From the IMG/VR virus record IMGVR_UViG_3300042545_001134, positions 124,001 through 188,000 of that record: a stretch of DNA of 64,000 nucleotides; one strand, written 5' to 3'. This document shows, in pieces, positions 27,101 to 37,496 of this stretch (the stretch's first letter is position 1; every line of letters starts with the position of its first letter). A program made the translations under genes and the position numbers. The notes beneath the pieces were generated by a model. It was not told the DNA's origin. It did no database searches and saw only the letters and a list, made by a program, of their open reading frames with translations.

Positions 27101-29170
27101 TTATTTAATCCAAATACTATAGTAGTATGTCCCACCAATATTTGCCGGTGGAAAATCTTGACCCGCACCATAAACTGAACCAGGTATGATATCTCTATAA
27201 TCAATGGTACCACCTCTATTGGTAAAACAACCAATCCCTGAAGGACCGTCAACGCCATCAGCGGCATCATGTCGATGCCACGCAATCATAGTTCTATCTT
27301 TATTTCCGTCTTGAGCCCCGTCAATTTCACCGTATTTAAATAATAATTTACTCTTACCTGATGATTGTAAAACTGGGTCATCAACTCCAAAATTTGTTAT
27401 ATTAAGTGCCTTAACTCTATTTCTATTAAATGCATCATTTGATGCATCGGAACCGAGTGCTCCCCATTTTAATGAACCAAACCAACTTGATAATGAAGAA
27501 TTATTGGATTTAATCTGACCTTCATTTGTATATAATAATTTACGTTGTGAATTACCTGCATCTTTTATCATTATCTGTGAGAAGGGGATTGATGACCATC
27601 CTGTATTTTTATAATCGGAAACAAACGTCGGAGTCGAACCCCCAAAAGTTGTATTATCATCCCACGGCGGACATGATTGAATTGCATTCATATCATTACT
27701 CCATTTATGATATGTTGAGTTATTACTCGGAGCATCCTCATCGTCGATTGTCCCGACATGAACCCATGGTGCGCCTACACTATTAAAATCAATATACGCC
27801 TGAAATGGTGTTGAACCTGATGTTGGTTTTAACCAATAAACACCGTCAGTTCTATATCCAACATCATATAATAATTGAGCACTTGGCGATGCTGATTCCG
27901 ATGCGGTACCCAAAGTATTAACCGCCGTTAGTGATTTTACATCTCTTAAAACAAATCTATCTTTATAATGTAGGTAGTTTTTATGAACTTCCTCCGGTGT
28001 TAATTCTTTATTATAAATTTTAAGAACGGGAATGTCTCCTTTATAATAGTATGCTTTGACCGTATCAATATCATATCTACCAATACTTACACTATTAAGT
28101 AAAGAAATTGTTGATGTTTGACCCCCTCCATAGTGCCACAAAGTACCATCCAAATAAATTCTCATAATACCTGTGGTTGAATTCTTACTAACCACCCAAT
28201 GATGATTACCAAGATAATTATCAGACGACCCAATTGCTTTAGATATTCTATTAAACGGTCTACCAAAATCCCAATAAACATTTCCATCACCCCATGGTAG
28301 GTGTAAATTTAAATCTTGATTTCCTCCACTACCACCCGCAATAATTGAGTTATTCTGTAACGCACCACTCCACGATGTTACTATCTCGATTGTTATTTGA
28401 TTTCCTGTTGGTATTGCCGACGGACTCAAGTTGATGTAATCATCAGAACCATCAAAATTTATTTTTGGATTTGTATCTGAATTAAAGGTTACGTTCGTTA
28501 AATCTAATGAATGATTATTAGTTAAATCTTTTAACCCTTGGGTTACAGAACGAGTACCATAAACATATTGTGATATTGCGGTACTATTTAAATCTTCTTT
28601 GAATGGTCCCGCCCAAAATATAGTGATTGGAACATTTAATGATGCACTTAACGGGTTAATTGCCCAATATTTTCCATCGGATTGTGTTACCGTATTATAC
28701 CATAATACCCTTGCTCTAAACCAACCATCCCCCATATCTTCGGGTGCACAGCTTTGACATTGCCAACCACCAATATTTGAATAGTGTAGATAAATTGGTG
28801 TACCAGCCATTGGTACTGTTGGTTTAAAAAATATTGAGTGTCCCGTGTATCTATTCGCTAACCCACCGCCAGATGCTCCACCATAAAGAACAACACCTAA
28901 TCCGGGATTATTCGCATTCGATAACCAAGAAACACCACTACCATCCAATGGAGTTAGTGTTTGTCTCCATATTGGTGCACCTTTATATGTGTCACTTGTT
29001 TGAGTTAAATTTGTTGTAACACTTCCCGGTACGTTATTGTAGTTATATAAAGGTTCATTAAATCCGATATTATTTGTTGGTCTACCCAAATATGAATTAT
29101 ATGTGTCACCCGTGTCAAATCCGAATACTAAACCATCTTTTGTTGTTGAACCGTTTTGTTTACTTGCCAT
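27101..29170 (-). CDS. LamG/ConA-like lectin protein with insert and C-terminal fibrinogen/intelectin-like domain
   Basis: GLVFGFD..NSYLGRPTNN, GTRSVTQGLKDLT, FDGSDDYI, YKGDIPVLKIYNKELT; then SAQLL..DGVYWLKPTSGSTPFQAYIDF. Confidence 0.8.
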   Translation of the reverse strand: MASKQNGSTTKDGLVFGFDTGDTYNSYLGRPTNNIGFNEPLYNYNNVPGSVTTNLTQTSDTYKGAPIWRQTLTPLDGSGVSWLSNANNPGLGVVLYGGASGGGLANRYTGHSIFFKPTVPMAGTPIYLHYSNIGGWQCQSCAPEDMGDGWFRARVLWYNTVTQSDGKYWAINPLSASLNVPITIFWAGPFKEDLNSTAISQYVYGTRSVTQGLKDLTNNHSLDLTNVTFNSDTNPKINFDGSDDYINLSPSAIPTGNQITIEIVTSWSGALQNNSIIAGGSGGNQDLNLHLPWGDGNVYWDFGRPFNRISKAIGSSDNYLGNHHWVVSKNSTTGIMRIYLDGTLWHYGGGQTSTISLLNSVSIGRYDIDTVKAYYYKGDIPVLKIYNKELTPEEVHKNYLHYKDRFVLRDVKSLTAVNTLGTASESASPSAQLLYDVGYRTDGVYWLKPTSGSTPFQAYIDFNSVGAPWVHVGTIDDEDAPSNNSTYHKWSNDMNAIQSCPPWDDNTTFGGSTPTFVSDYKNTGWSSIPFSQIMIKDAGNSQRKLLYTNEGQIKSNNSSLSSWFGSLKWGALGSDASNDAFNRNRVKALNITNFGVDDPVLQSSGKSKLLFKYGEIDGAQDGNKDRTMIAWHRHDAADGVDGPSGIGCFTNRGGTIDYRDIIPGSVYGAGQDFPPANIGGTYYYSIWIK

Positions 29171-30444
29171 TATAATCCGTATTGTGATTTTGTTCTATTG
29201 TAATTATTTTGAATTTCTGATTGGGTTAACCCTTTTGAGTATGCCCTTACACTTCCAATTTTTCCATTAAAATTATATGATGAATTTCCTATTCCCCAAC
29301 TCCATGTTGGGGAACCGATTGTACATTGAGTTCCTTGTGGTGTGATTAAACCACTTCTCGTTGCGGTGTATTCCGTACCATTTAAATAAAATCTACAGGA
29401 TGTACCATACCATGTATAAGCCACATGCATCCAAGTGTTTACAGGGGCACTAACACCTGTTAACCAATCTTCAGTACTACTTCCATAATTAATAACGTAC
29501 CAAACACCATCTGAAATCATTAATGACCTCGATGCCCCATAAACTTGCGCTTCCCCCATTGAGAAAACATAATTTTGACCACTTACGTTTGTTGGGTGAC
29601 ACCATGCCTCAATTGTTCCAAATGCCTGTTGGTGACCTGTAATTCCCGTGAACGACATGTAATCGTCAGTACCATCAAACTCAAGTTCCCCAAGAGTTTT
29701 AATAGGTAATCCAAAGTTTAAATGAGCAACTGCTGATGTATCAACAGGATAGTTTTCAAACGCCCAACCAAATGCATTTCCAACACCAAGACCTGGTCTA
29801 CCAACCAAAACCCATTCGGGTCTTCCCGGTGATGGGTTCCACCCTGAAACCAATGACGGTGCACCTAAATCCAACATCATATTGACTGTGTTAGTGTCGT
29901 ATTGGTCAGCGGCGTGTGAACCAATTAAAATAAATGTACAATTTGGGAAACGTCCTCTTATTCTACTATAATCTCTAACTAACCAAACTAAATTATTTCC
30001 ATAACCAGTTTCTGAACCACCATAGTTGTCATAAGTATGGTAACCACTTGAATTTGAACCAACAAAATACGAATCCGCAACCCAAGAACTTGTATCGTTA
30101 TCCCAAGCCCACATACCTATTCCTCTACCAACACCAAATAAATTGTACGAACCTCTAATATTGTATCCCGTGTGAATCCCTTGGTATAAAAAACCTATTG
30201 AATCGGTACCGTAGTTACCTTCGGGGTATGTTTTCCCACCTCCAGTATAATATGTTTTATTTGAAAGTCTTAATCCATTAATGAAAAGACTTTTATTACT
30301 ATTAATTTGATTAACCACACCATCAGTACTTCCATTATATCCACCACACCCAATAGGGCTAACACCCGTACCAATGTTATGGGTGTCAACTACAAAATAT
30401 GCATCTTGTAAACTCGATAATATGGTTCCCGATTTTGACGACAT
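29170..30444 (-). CDS. LamG/ConA-like lectin protein with ILEI/PANDER-like segment
   Basis: C-terminal FDGTDDY..WMHVAYTW..FNGKIGSVRAYSKGLTQSEIQNNY; middle FILIGSHAAD..MLDLGA..R.EWVLVGRPG. Confidence 0.75.
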   Translation of the reverse strand: MSSKSGTILSSLQDAYFVVDTHNIGTGVSPIGCGGYNGSTDGVVNQINSNKSLFINGLRLSNKTYYTGGGKTYPEGNYGTDSIGFLYQGIHTGYNIRGSYNLFGVGRGIGMWAWDNDTSSWVADSYFVGSNSSGYHTYDNYGGSETGYGNNLVWLVRDYSRIRGRFPNCTFILIGSHAADQYDTNTVNMMLDLGAPSLVSGWNPSPGRPEWVLVGRPGLGVGNAFGWAFENYPVDTSAVAHLNFGLPIKTLGELEFDGTDDYMSFTGITGHQQAFGTIEAWCHPTNVSGQNYVFSMGEAQVYGASRSLMISDGVWYVINYGSSTEDWLTGVSAPVNTWMHVAYTWYGTSCRFYLNGTEYTATRSGLITPQGTQCTIGSPTWSWGIGNSSYNFNGKIGSVRAYSKGLTQSEIQNNYNRTKSQYGL

Positions 30445-30632
30445 TAAACGTTAATTTTTTCTACCTCAGTTATGTCCCATAAATTACCCATTTGATTTTC
30501 AAAATCAACGAATATTTGGTCACCATATATTGGGCAATAAATTTCCCAATTACTTTCGAAATCAATCTCACCTTCTGAGGTTTTGATTATTCTCTTATAC
30601 TTGTCTTCTTTTATGTGGAACTCTAATTTCAT
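30444..30632 (-). CDS. Hypothetical protein (62 aa)
   Basis: ORF track; TAATG coupling to the downstream gene. Confidence 0.6.
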   Translation of the reverse strand: MKLEFHIKEDKYKRIIKTSEGEIDFESNWEIYCPIYGDQIFVDFENQMGNLWDITEVEKINV

Positions 30633-30638
30633 AATATT

Positions 30639-31337
30639 TTATTTTATATAAACCGCACCATATTGGTGCGTGTCAGAACTTGAACCATTCCAATATGGTC
30701 CATTATCATATCCAAAATAGTTACCGCCCCAACATGACTCATACCACCACGGGTTATTACCGTAATATGATGAACAACTTCCACTATTGGTATCTTGGTC
30801 GTTATCGTATGTACTTAAATTATATCCGCCAGCAGCGTGATTATTGTATAAACCGGGTGAACCGGTACTTGTTTCATCACTTAACGCGGCAACACCAGAA
30901 AACGCAAATGTTGGTGTGAAATTATCAAACTTCCATCTGTATCTTTTGGTGTGTGAACCATTTAAAGGTGTCCCATTTGTTGGTGAAACAAACTGAGCAA
31001 CGGTTACATAACTTGAGTTGTTTCTTTTACCTAACGCCTCCCAATATTTTGTTCCAATCCAAACATTGTAGTTTGTTAATCCCGATAAATTATATAATGG
31101 TTCATTGGTATTACTCGATGTTCTATAGTTACACGTATTAATTGCATCATAGTACGTTAAGTTTCTCATTCCAACTGAACTCGCCCTATTCGCAATAACA
31201 CATACCCATCCGCCACCATCATATTCTTGGTCCACGTACACCACAACATTGTCGTTTCCAACTTTGATGTTGTAATATCCACTAGGTCCTGTTATTTGAG
31301 ATACACTCGTATATCTCCCTCCAAAATGCATTGCCAT
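30639..31337 (-). CDS. Fibrinogen C-terminal (FReD) domain protein
   Basis: SGYYNI..VYVDQEYDGGGWVCV; HAAGGYNLSTYDNDQD..SCSSYY..PWWYESCWGGN. Confidence 0.82.
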   Translation of the reverse strand: MAMHFGGRYTSVSQITGPSGYYNIKVGNDNVVVYVDQEYDGGGWVCVIANRASSVGMRNLTYYDAINTCNYRTSSNTNEPLYNLSGLTNYNVWIGTKYWEALGKRNNSSYVTVAQFVSPTNGTPLNGSHTKRYRWKFDNFTPTFAFSGVAALSDETSTGSPGLYNNHAAGGYNLSTYDNDQDTNSGSCSSYYGNNPWWYESCWGGNYFGYDNGPYWNGSSSDTHQYGAVYIK

Positions 31338-31355
31338 ATCTTATTCTTATATTAT

Positions 31356-31362
31356 ATAAATA
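31356..31362 (-). promoter_or_regulatory. TATTTAT putative late-promoter element
   Basis: 18 nt upstream of ATG 31337. Confidence 0.5.
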
Positions 31363-31366
31363 CCTT

Positions 31367-32539
31367 TTAAGTCAATCCGTATTGACGTTTATATTTTAAG
31401 TAATCATTTAGAATTTCTGTATCACTTAACTGTTTATTATAATGTTTGAAAACAGGAATATCCCCTTGGAAAAATTCATTTGTACTGTTATCACTACCTA
31501 TAGTTATTTTATTATTTGGTGCATTGTTGAATCCTGTTCTAACCGGTGTGGTTCCACCCAATACTCCATTTGAAAAGTGGGATATTGACCCATCATTATT
31601 TAATCTTACAACGATGTGTACGTATTGATTATCTGGAATTGCACTTACGGTATGGTATGGTACATTTAAACTATCGTAATATGTGAATATTGCCCCCGAA
31701 CCTGAACCAATATATAACGCACCTCCACTTGTTCCGTTTCTATAACTAATAATGTTTTTTTGTCCCGTATATCCCGTACTTGTTTTTCTGATAACCGCAA
31801 CAATTGTGGTTCCTGTGTTCACATTAACGGTTGATGGTGGAACAACATCAATTTTATCGTTTGTTCCGTCAAATGTCATTACCGCACTTGAATTAAACGA
31901 AACTCCCGATATATTAACTGTCGAATTTGTGGTTAAATCTAATAACCCTTGTGTGTTACTTCTTGATGTTGTTGTAAATGGTGTAGAATGTGAATTTCTT
32001 TCCCATTGAGCGGAAGATATGAAAACATTTGTACTTGTTGTGATACCCCTAACCGCAACCCAATGATAATCAACAAACGTAGTTAAACTTTCTGTGATTG
32101 TGTATCTAACCCAATCACTAGTTAATGTAATATCGGGACCCAGTTGATAACAGCATTGGTCATTATATGTTGCCAAATGACATGTTCCACTTCCTTTTAA
32201 ATAAACACTAAAACTTACCGTTTGATTAGATTCATTAACTACCGCATTTCCTTGTATCGTCCAATATGTTTGTGAATTTGTATCTGTTGTTGTTCCACTA
32301 ACTTGGGAAAAGTTACCCGATGGTATTGTATTGTCAACTCCATTAATAACAATTGCACTGGTTTGATATTGTCCATTAGCATAACTAGTACTTACATTCC
32401 CACCATAGTATGAGGCAATTGTTGCCACTAAATTAGTTGTTGGTTCCCCTCTATATGAGTTTGTTGTATCTTTTAAATCGTAGGCAAACACCAACGATTC
32501 TGAACCTGAAGTTTTACCAAATCCGTCTTGTACTGCCAT
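31367..32539 (-). CDS. LamG/ConA-like lectin protein with CBM-like insert
   Basis: LVFAYD..NSYRGEPTTN, SFSVYLKG..WVRYTIT, QWERNSHSTPF, FDGTNDKI, FQGDIPVFKHYN. Confidence 0.8.
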   Translation of the reverse strand: MAVQDGFGKTSGSESLVFAYDLKDTTNSYRGEPTTNLVATIASYYGGNVSTSYANGQYQTSAIVINGVDNTIPSGNFSQVSGTTTDTNSQTYWTIQGNAVVNESNQTVSFSVYLKGSGTCHLATYNDQCCYQLGPDITLTSDWVRYTITESLTTFVDYHWVAVRGITTSTNVFISSAQWERNSHSTPFTTTSRSNTQGLLDLTTNSTVNISGVSFNSSAVMTFDGTNDKIDVVPPSTVNVNTGTTIVAVIRKTSTGYTGQKNIISYRNGTSGGALYIGSGSGAIFTYYDSLNVPYHTVSAIPDNQYVHIVVRLNNDGSISHFSNGVLGGTTPVRTGFNNAPNNKITIGSDNSTNEFFQGDIPVFKHYNKQLSDTEILNDYLKYKRQYGLT

Positions 32540-33684
32540 TATATTCCGTATTTTCTTTTAATGTTATTATAGTTATTCAAAACTTCTGAGGATGATAATG
32601 CTCGGTTATAGAACGAAGTATTCGTAATTTTACCGTTAAAGTTTGCGGAAGATATGGGTCCATCGTTTCCAATATAAGCGGTGGCCTGTACAAAGTTGTA
32701 CCCTGTTGTGGCTGTGGCAACTGAATTTGCATTATAGTAGAGTGTAACGGCGGTTCCATCTCTGGTTATGACTACGTTAGTCCATTGCCCCACTGTGGGA
32801 AGTGTACTGTATTGAAGATGGTCTTCGACATTATATGCCCTTAAAACCATATTAGAACCAAGTTTACCTATCCAAAGTCCTCCAGTGACCGCAACAACTA
32901 ATAGACCAGCATAGTAAGAATATCCCACCGGATTTATCCAACAGGAGTATGTAAAATTTCCAGTTCCCGGAGCTAAATATGGATTATTACCAGCAGTAAT
33001 AAAATCATCCGTACCATCAAAAACCATTTGAGAGTTAGAATCGAATGAGACACTTGATAAATTAATTGTTGAATTGCCGGTCAAATCTAAAAGTCCTTGT
33101 GTTGTTGAACGGGTACCATTTACAAACGGTGTTGGATGTGATTTTACTTCTACTTGAAGATTTGAAAATCTCACTTTAACACTTCCCGATGAACCACCAC
33201 TACCGTTATTCATCCAAATTAAAATTCCAACCTTACCACCCGTACCAATAACTCCACTCCATGAAATTCTTTCTCGTGTTTTAGTATTTTTTGTGTTTCT
33301 ATCTTGTTCGGGTGAATACCCTAAATAAGTTTCTTCATTAACCGTTTGACCAATCCACATAAAACTAAACACACCATTGGTTTCATCGAACGACTCAACC
33401 ACCGCAGATATTGTAACGTATTGACCTGTATAATCGGATACATTATAATAAAAAGTTGTCCATGCCGCAACACCTCCCCACTCAACAGATGATGTTGTGA
33501 AATCAAAAGTTTTTGTTGCGCTATCAATTAAGGCATATGAACTCGGCCAACCACCATATAGTGGAGTGTTGTTTGCCAAATTTGTTGTTGGTTCACCCAA
33601 ATAGGAATTCTTTTGGTCAGATAAATCATAACCAAATACTAAATTCTCTTCTCCTGATATGTTGGGTCCTACGTGTGTTGGCAT
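32539..33684 (-). CDS. LamG/ConA-like lectin protein with CBM-like insert
   Basis: LVFGYD..NSYLGEPTTN, QVEVKSHPTPFVNGTRSTTQGLLDLT, FDGTDDFI, FNGKITNTSFYNRALS. Confidence 0.82.
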   Translation of the reverse strand: MPTHVGPNISGEENLVFGYDLSDQKNSYLGEPTTNLANNTPLYGGWPSSYALIDSATKTFDFTTSSVEWGGVAAWTTFYYNVSDYTGQYVTISAVVESFDETNGVFSFMWIGQTVNEETYLGYSPEQDRNTKNTKTRERISWSGVIGTGGKVGILIWMNNGSGGSSGSVKVRFSNLQVEVKSHPTPFVNGTRSTTQGLLDLTGNSTINLSSVSFDSNSQMVFDGTDDFITAGNNPYLAPGTGNFTYSCWINPVGYSYYAGLLVVAVTGGLWIGKLGSNMVLRAYNVEDHLQYSTLPTVGQWTNVVITRDGTAVTLYYNANSVATATTGYNFVQATAYIGNDGPISSANFNGKITNTSFYNRALSSSEVLNNYNNIKRKYGI

Positions 33685-34382
33685 TATAATCCGAATCTTG
33701 TTTTAGTTGCATTATAATTTTGAGTAATTTCTGCTTGAGTTATTACTCTATTATACATGAGAAAATTATATACATTTCCATCTAACGGATAGTTTCCACC
33801 AATTTGTAATCCTGATTGATTACCTAATGCCGCTCCACCTCCTCCTGTAGTAGTTAATAGGGTTGTGTTTTTGTAAAAATTTATATTTGAATTTGTTAAA
33901 CCATTTCCGTTATAGGTCATGGTAAAATAAAATATTTCGTTGTCAGTAAAGTTACTTGTAGTTTGAGTAAAGTTTGTTTGAGTTGCCGTGGAATTTTTTA
34001 TAAAATACCAATAACTTTGACCGTTACTATAGAATACATTTGTAACTATATAATGTAAACTATTGGATGAATTTAGATTGACTAAACACTTATCACCCAA
34101 TGTATCAAGTTTCATCCATGTACTAAATGACCACGCTCTTGATGACCAATCAATATCGCCAAATGGGGATGTTACTTGGGCATAATCATTACTCCCGTCA
34201 AAAACAATACTTCCTTTATTATTGGAGTTAAACGATGCACCATTAATCAATGTACCATTGTTTGCATTACCACTTAAATCATTCCACGAAGTACCCGACC
34301 CCGGATACGAATTGGTATCGGCGGAGTTCAAACATAAAACTAATCCATCTGTAATGATTTTTGCGGTGTATTCTAAACCCAT
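33684..34382 (-). CDS. LamG/ConA-like lectin protein (no insert)
   Basis: TDGLVLCLN..SYPGSGTSWNDLSG, FDGSNDY, MYNRVITQAEITQNYNATKTRFGL. Confidence 0.85.
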   Translation of the reverse strand: MGLEYTAKIITDGLVLCLNSADTNSYPGSGTSWNDLSGNANNGTLINGASFNSNNKGSIVFDGSNDYAQVTSPFGDIDWSSRAWSFSTWMKLDTLGDKCLVNLNSSNSLHYIVTNVFYSNGQSYWYFIKNSTATQTNFTQTTSNFTDNEIFYFTMTYNGNGLTNSNINFYKNTTLLTTTGGGGAALGNQSGLQIGGNYPLDGNVYNFLMYNRVITQAEITQNYNATKTRFGL

Positions 34383-34386
34383 ACCA

Positions 34387-34393
34387 ATAAATA
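34387..34393 (-). promoter_or_regulatory. TATTTAT putative late-promoter element
   Basis: Only 4 nt upstream of ATG 34382. Confidence 0.4.
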
Positions 34394-34446
34394 CCCAAAA
34401 CCTCAGTTATTAGGTCTCAATTTGTTAGATAATAAACATGGTAGTG

Positions 34447-35214
34447 TTAAATGTCGTATCTTTTCTTGAAGATTTCCCAATGATGTTCAATTTCAGTGTC
34501 AGATAATCTCTTTGAGTGGCACATCACGACCCCCATTTGACCGTTAAACTGAGTACTAGGTCCATCCGTACCGGGACCATAACTATCGGAGTTACAAGGA
34601 CCCCATAAACACCCAATACTATTTAATGGTGGATTAATTGACCCAACTAAAGTGGTATCATCCACCATATTATTATCAATGTACATTTTAATGTTTGTAC
34701 CTGCAACTGACCAAACGCAATAATGCCAATTACCATCATTAATTCCACCCGTTGTACTGTCAATTATTTGCCACGGTGCGGTATAATACCACATTCTTAG
34801 AAATCCATTTGAAATAACAAATCCAGCTCCCGATGGACCTCCATTACAGTGACCTAAAATTGCGTTATCACCACTAACACTTAATTTAACCCACGCCGAT
34901 ACGGTAAAGGTTGTTCCTAAGTTAAACGTTGATGGTGTTTTACCAAAATCATTAACACCATCAAATGTAAATTCACCACCTTTTGTTGTGGTGAATGGTA
35001 CTCCTTGTGATGGGTTACTGGAGTAAGTTGTCCCCCCATATGTGTACATGGTCAAATCTCTACCATTACCACTTAAATCTTTCAATATAGGACCATTACC
35101 TGAATATGAATAATAACGAGCAGGGTCGTAATATAATTGTAGTGAGTCAGTAACCACACCACTAATGTTGTAGTTTGAGTTTATTTTATTATCGGGTCCA
35201 GTTGTTATCGACAT
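34447..35214 (-). CDS. LamG/ConA-like lectin protein (no insert)
   Basis: DSLQLYYD..LKDLSGNG, FDGVNDF, FTVSAWVK, WHYCVW, FNGQMG. Confidence 0.82.
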   Translation of the reverse strand: MSITTGPDNKINSNYNISGVVTDSLQLYYDPARYYSYSGNGPILKDLSGNGRDLTMYTYGGTTYSSNPSQGVPFTTTKGGEFTFDGVNDFGKTPSTFNLGTTFTVSAWVKLSVSGDNAILGHCNGGPSGAGFVISNGFLRMWYYTAPWQIIDSTTGGINDGNWHYCVWSVAGTNIKMYIDNNMVDDTTLVGSINPPLNSIGCLWGPCNSDSYGPGTDGPSTQFNGQMGVVMCHSKRLSDTEIEHHWEIFKKRYDI

Positions 35215-35215
35215 A

Positions 35216-36373
35216 TTATATTCCGAATCTATTTTTTATTGCATTATAGTTTTCTAAAACTTCATTACTACTAAGTGTTCTATTATATATTTTAGATATC
35301 GGGATTTCTCCTGAAAAATTAGCGGCAGTTCCTAAGTTTTGCGCTCCAATTATTAAACTCACGTCAGGGTCTTCAGTCCACGTTCCTGTCGCAACTGAAT
35401 CGGTACTATCCAATACCCCATTTATATAATAAGATAAAACGGTGTCGTTTAAAGTTACGGTTATGTGGTAATAATTTAATGTGGAAGAAATGTCTCCATC
35501 ACTAAAATACGCATAATATCCACCATTAATAATAAATGCAATATGTATTTTTGTTGTGGGGTATCTTCCAAACCACCATACCGACCCTAAAGTATTATCC
35601 CATCTCGTAATAAATGCTTCTGAACCTGTGGAGTTATTAAATTTTACAACCGATTCCCAAGTCACTCTTCGACTATTTAAATCAAACGGTTGGACTAACC
35701 CACAATTAATAAAATCATTCGTACCATCAAATTCTATTTGTGAACTAGAATTAAATGAGACATTTGATATATCGATAGTTAAATTTCGTGATAAATCTTT
35801 TAACCCTATAGTGGATGAGCGCGTACCATTAATAAATGGTGTTGTGTGTGATTTCTTTTCAACTTGTGGTTCTTTTAATTCAAATGAGTGTGTATATGGA
35901 GTATAATCATCACCATCTTGCATATACCAAAAAAACAAATCAGTACCTGGTGGTGTAGTATAGTTATATGTCGCGGTTTGCCATTCATATGTATCAACAA
36001 CCCCTAATTGAATTGTTGTTGGAAACGCTGGTTGTACATAACTCCCACCTACTCTAGAATAAATTTGAAATCTAAGTGATGGTGTACCTCCAATTTTTCT
36101 ATATTTTACCGAAAAAGTATATATTGAATTTTCATTAACACCCCCCATCGTAATTGATTGTCTTGTATTTGACGCAATGTCATCAATTCTACAATGGTAT
36201 GGAGATATTATCGTTCTTGTTCCAGCGGCACTGTAACCTGACGCATCTATTCCCCATGCACCCCATACTGGATTAACCAAATTAGTTGTTGGTTCTCCAA
36301 CATATGATTTGGCATTATTAACATCGTAATAAAACACTAATCCATCTCTCGTTATTTTAGGTCCATTACTCAT
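35216..36373 (-). CDS. LamG/ConA-like lectin protein with CBM-like insert
   Basis: GLVFYYD..SYVGEPTTN, YTFSVKYRK, PQVEKKSHTTPF, FDGTNDFI, FSGEIPISKIYNR. Confidence 0.82.
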   Translation of the reverse strand: MSNGPKITRDGLVFYYDVNNAKSYVGEPTTNLVNPVWGAWGIDASGYSAAGTRTIISPYHCRIDDIASNTRQSITMGGVNENSIYTFSVKYRKIGGTPSLRFQIYSRVGGSYVQPAFPTTIQLGVVDTYEWQTATYNYTTPPGTDLFFWYMQDGDDYTPYTHSFELKEPQVEKKSHTTPFINGTRSSTIGLKDLSRNLTIDISNVSFNSSSQIEFDGTNDFINCGLVQPFDLNSRRVTWESVVKFNNSTGSEAFITRWDNTLGSVWWFGRYPTTKIHIAFIINGGYYAYFSDGDISSTLNYYHITVTLNDTVLSYYINGVLDSTDSVATGTWTEDPDVSLIIGAQNLGTAANFSGEIPISKIYNRTLSSNEVLENYNAIKNRFGI

Positions 36374-37491
36374 TATATTCCAAATCTTGTTTTAATTGCA
36401 TTATAGTTCTGATATAATTCCGAAGATGTGAGTGCCCTATTATACACCTTCGCAATTGCGATTTTTCCAATCCATCTTTCTCCATCACCTGACCCATGAG
36501 CACCTATACGTAAAAAATCCCAATCCATAATATCAGCACATGTGGTTGTTACAACTTGAATTGTTCCATTTACGCAGAAAGTTAAAGTGGTACCATTATA
36601 TGAAACGGCAACATATGACCATTGTCCGGTTGGAACAGATAAACTTGAACCTGCACATGGCCAAAACCCTAAAGTTCCATTTGGGAATACGTACAACGCA
36701 TCGTCACTATCAACATTATTTTGAATGATTGCCTCATATCTTCCAGTTGCGGTGTTTCTATAAACAACCGCCTCTATTGTTGGGTAATTAATTGAAGTTG
36801 GGGAAAAATTGGTATCGATAAAATCATCTGTTCCATCAAACGACATTTGTGCATTTGAGTCGAAAGAAACACTAGATAAATTTATTGTTTCATTTCTTGT
36901 TAAATCAAGTAAACCTTGTGTTACTGAACGTGTACCATTTACAAATGGTGTTGCATGTGACTTTGCTTCCACTTGCCAATCCGCAACATAAAAAGTTTTA
37001 GGTCCGCCCTCACCATAGAACCCAGTTATCGATGTTAGAGTCATAGATGTTCCATTATATAAAAGAGTACCTAAATACCATCCATCGAATAGATAAGTGA
37101 ATGTTGGTCCAGGATAAAAAGAACCCTCAGAACCGTAAATATATCCACCCGTTATTATTGTATTGGGATTTGACCCATCTGACATTTTTATTTTAAACGA
37201 TACCGTAAAAATTGGACTACTAACACTAGTATTATATGAGTAAACATATGAATTCCAAAATCCACCAGCATTTATTACCACCTTTCTTGATAATCTTCCT
37301 TGGAATGTTTCTTCCGAAGAATTTGCGGTTTGAGTGATATTCAATGGAGTATCACTACTAAATGTATTATTCGCAATATTAAAATTAGATAAATTTGTTG
37401 TTGGTTCACCGGCAAACGACTTTTCATTACCTGTATCGTAATAAAAAATTAAATCTTGTGTTGTTGTTTTTGGTCCTCTGTGGTGTCCCAT
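36373..37491 (-). CDS. LamG/ConA-like lectin protein with CBM-like insert
   Basis: LIFYYD..SFAGEPTTN, WQVEAKSHATPFVNGTRSVTQGLLDLT, FDGTDDFI, WIGKIAIAKVYNRAL. Confidence 0.82.
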   Translation of the reverse strand: MGHHRGPKTTTQDLIFYYDTGNEKSFAGEPTTNLSNFNIANNTFSSDTPLNITQTANSSEETFQGRLSRKVVINAGGFWNSYVYSYNTSVSSPIFTVSFKIKMSDGSNPNTIITGGYIYGSEGSFYPGPTFTYLFDGWYLGTLLYNGTSMTLTSITGFYGEGGPKTFYVADWQVEAKSHATPFVNGTRSVTQGLLDLTRNETINLSSVSFDSNAQMSFDGTDDFIDTNFSPTSINYPTIEAVVYRNTATGRYEAIIQNNVDSDDALYVFPNGTLGFWPCAGSSLSVPTGQWSYVAVSYNGTTLTFCVNGTIQVVTTTCADIMDWDFLRIGAHGSGDGERWIGKIAIAKVYNRALTSSELYQNYNAIKTRFGI

Positions 37492-37496
37492 ATTAA

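Noticed and set aside
23214-37491. Diversity-generating retroelement or shufflon acting on the lectin array
   Set aside because: No reverse transcriptase, Avd or site-specific invertase is present; all genes are co-oriented; I saw no template/variable repeat pair with adenine-only mismatches.
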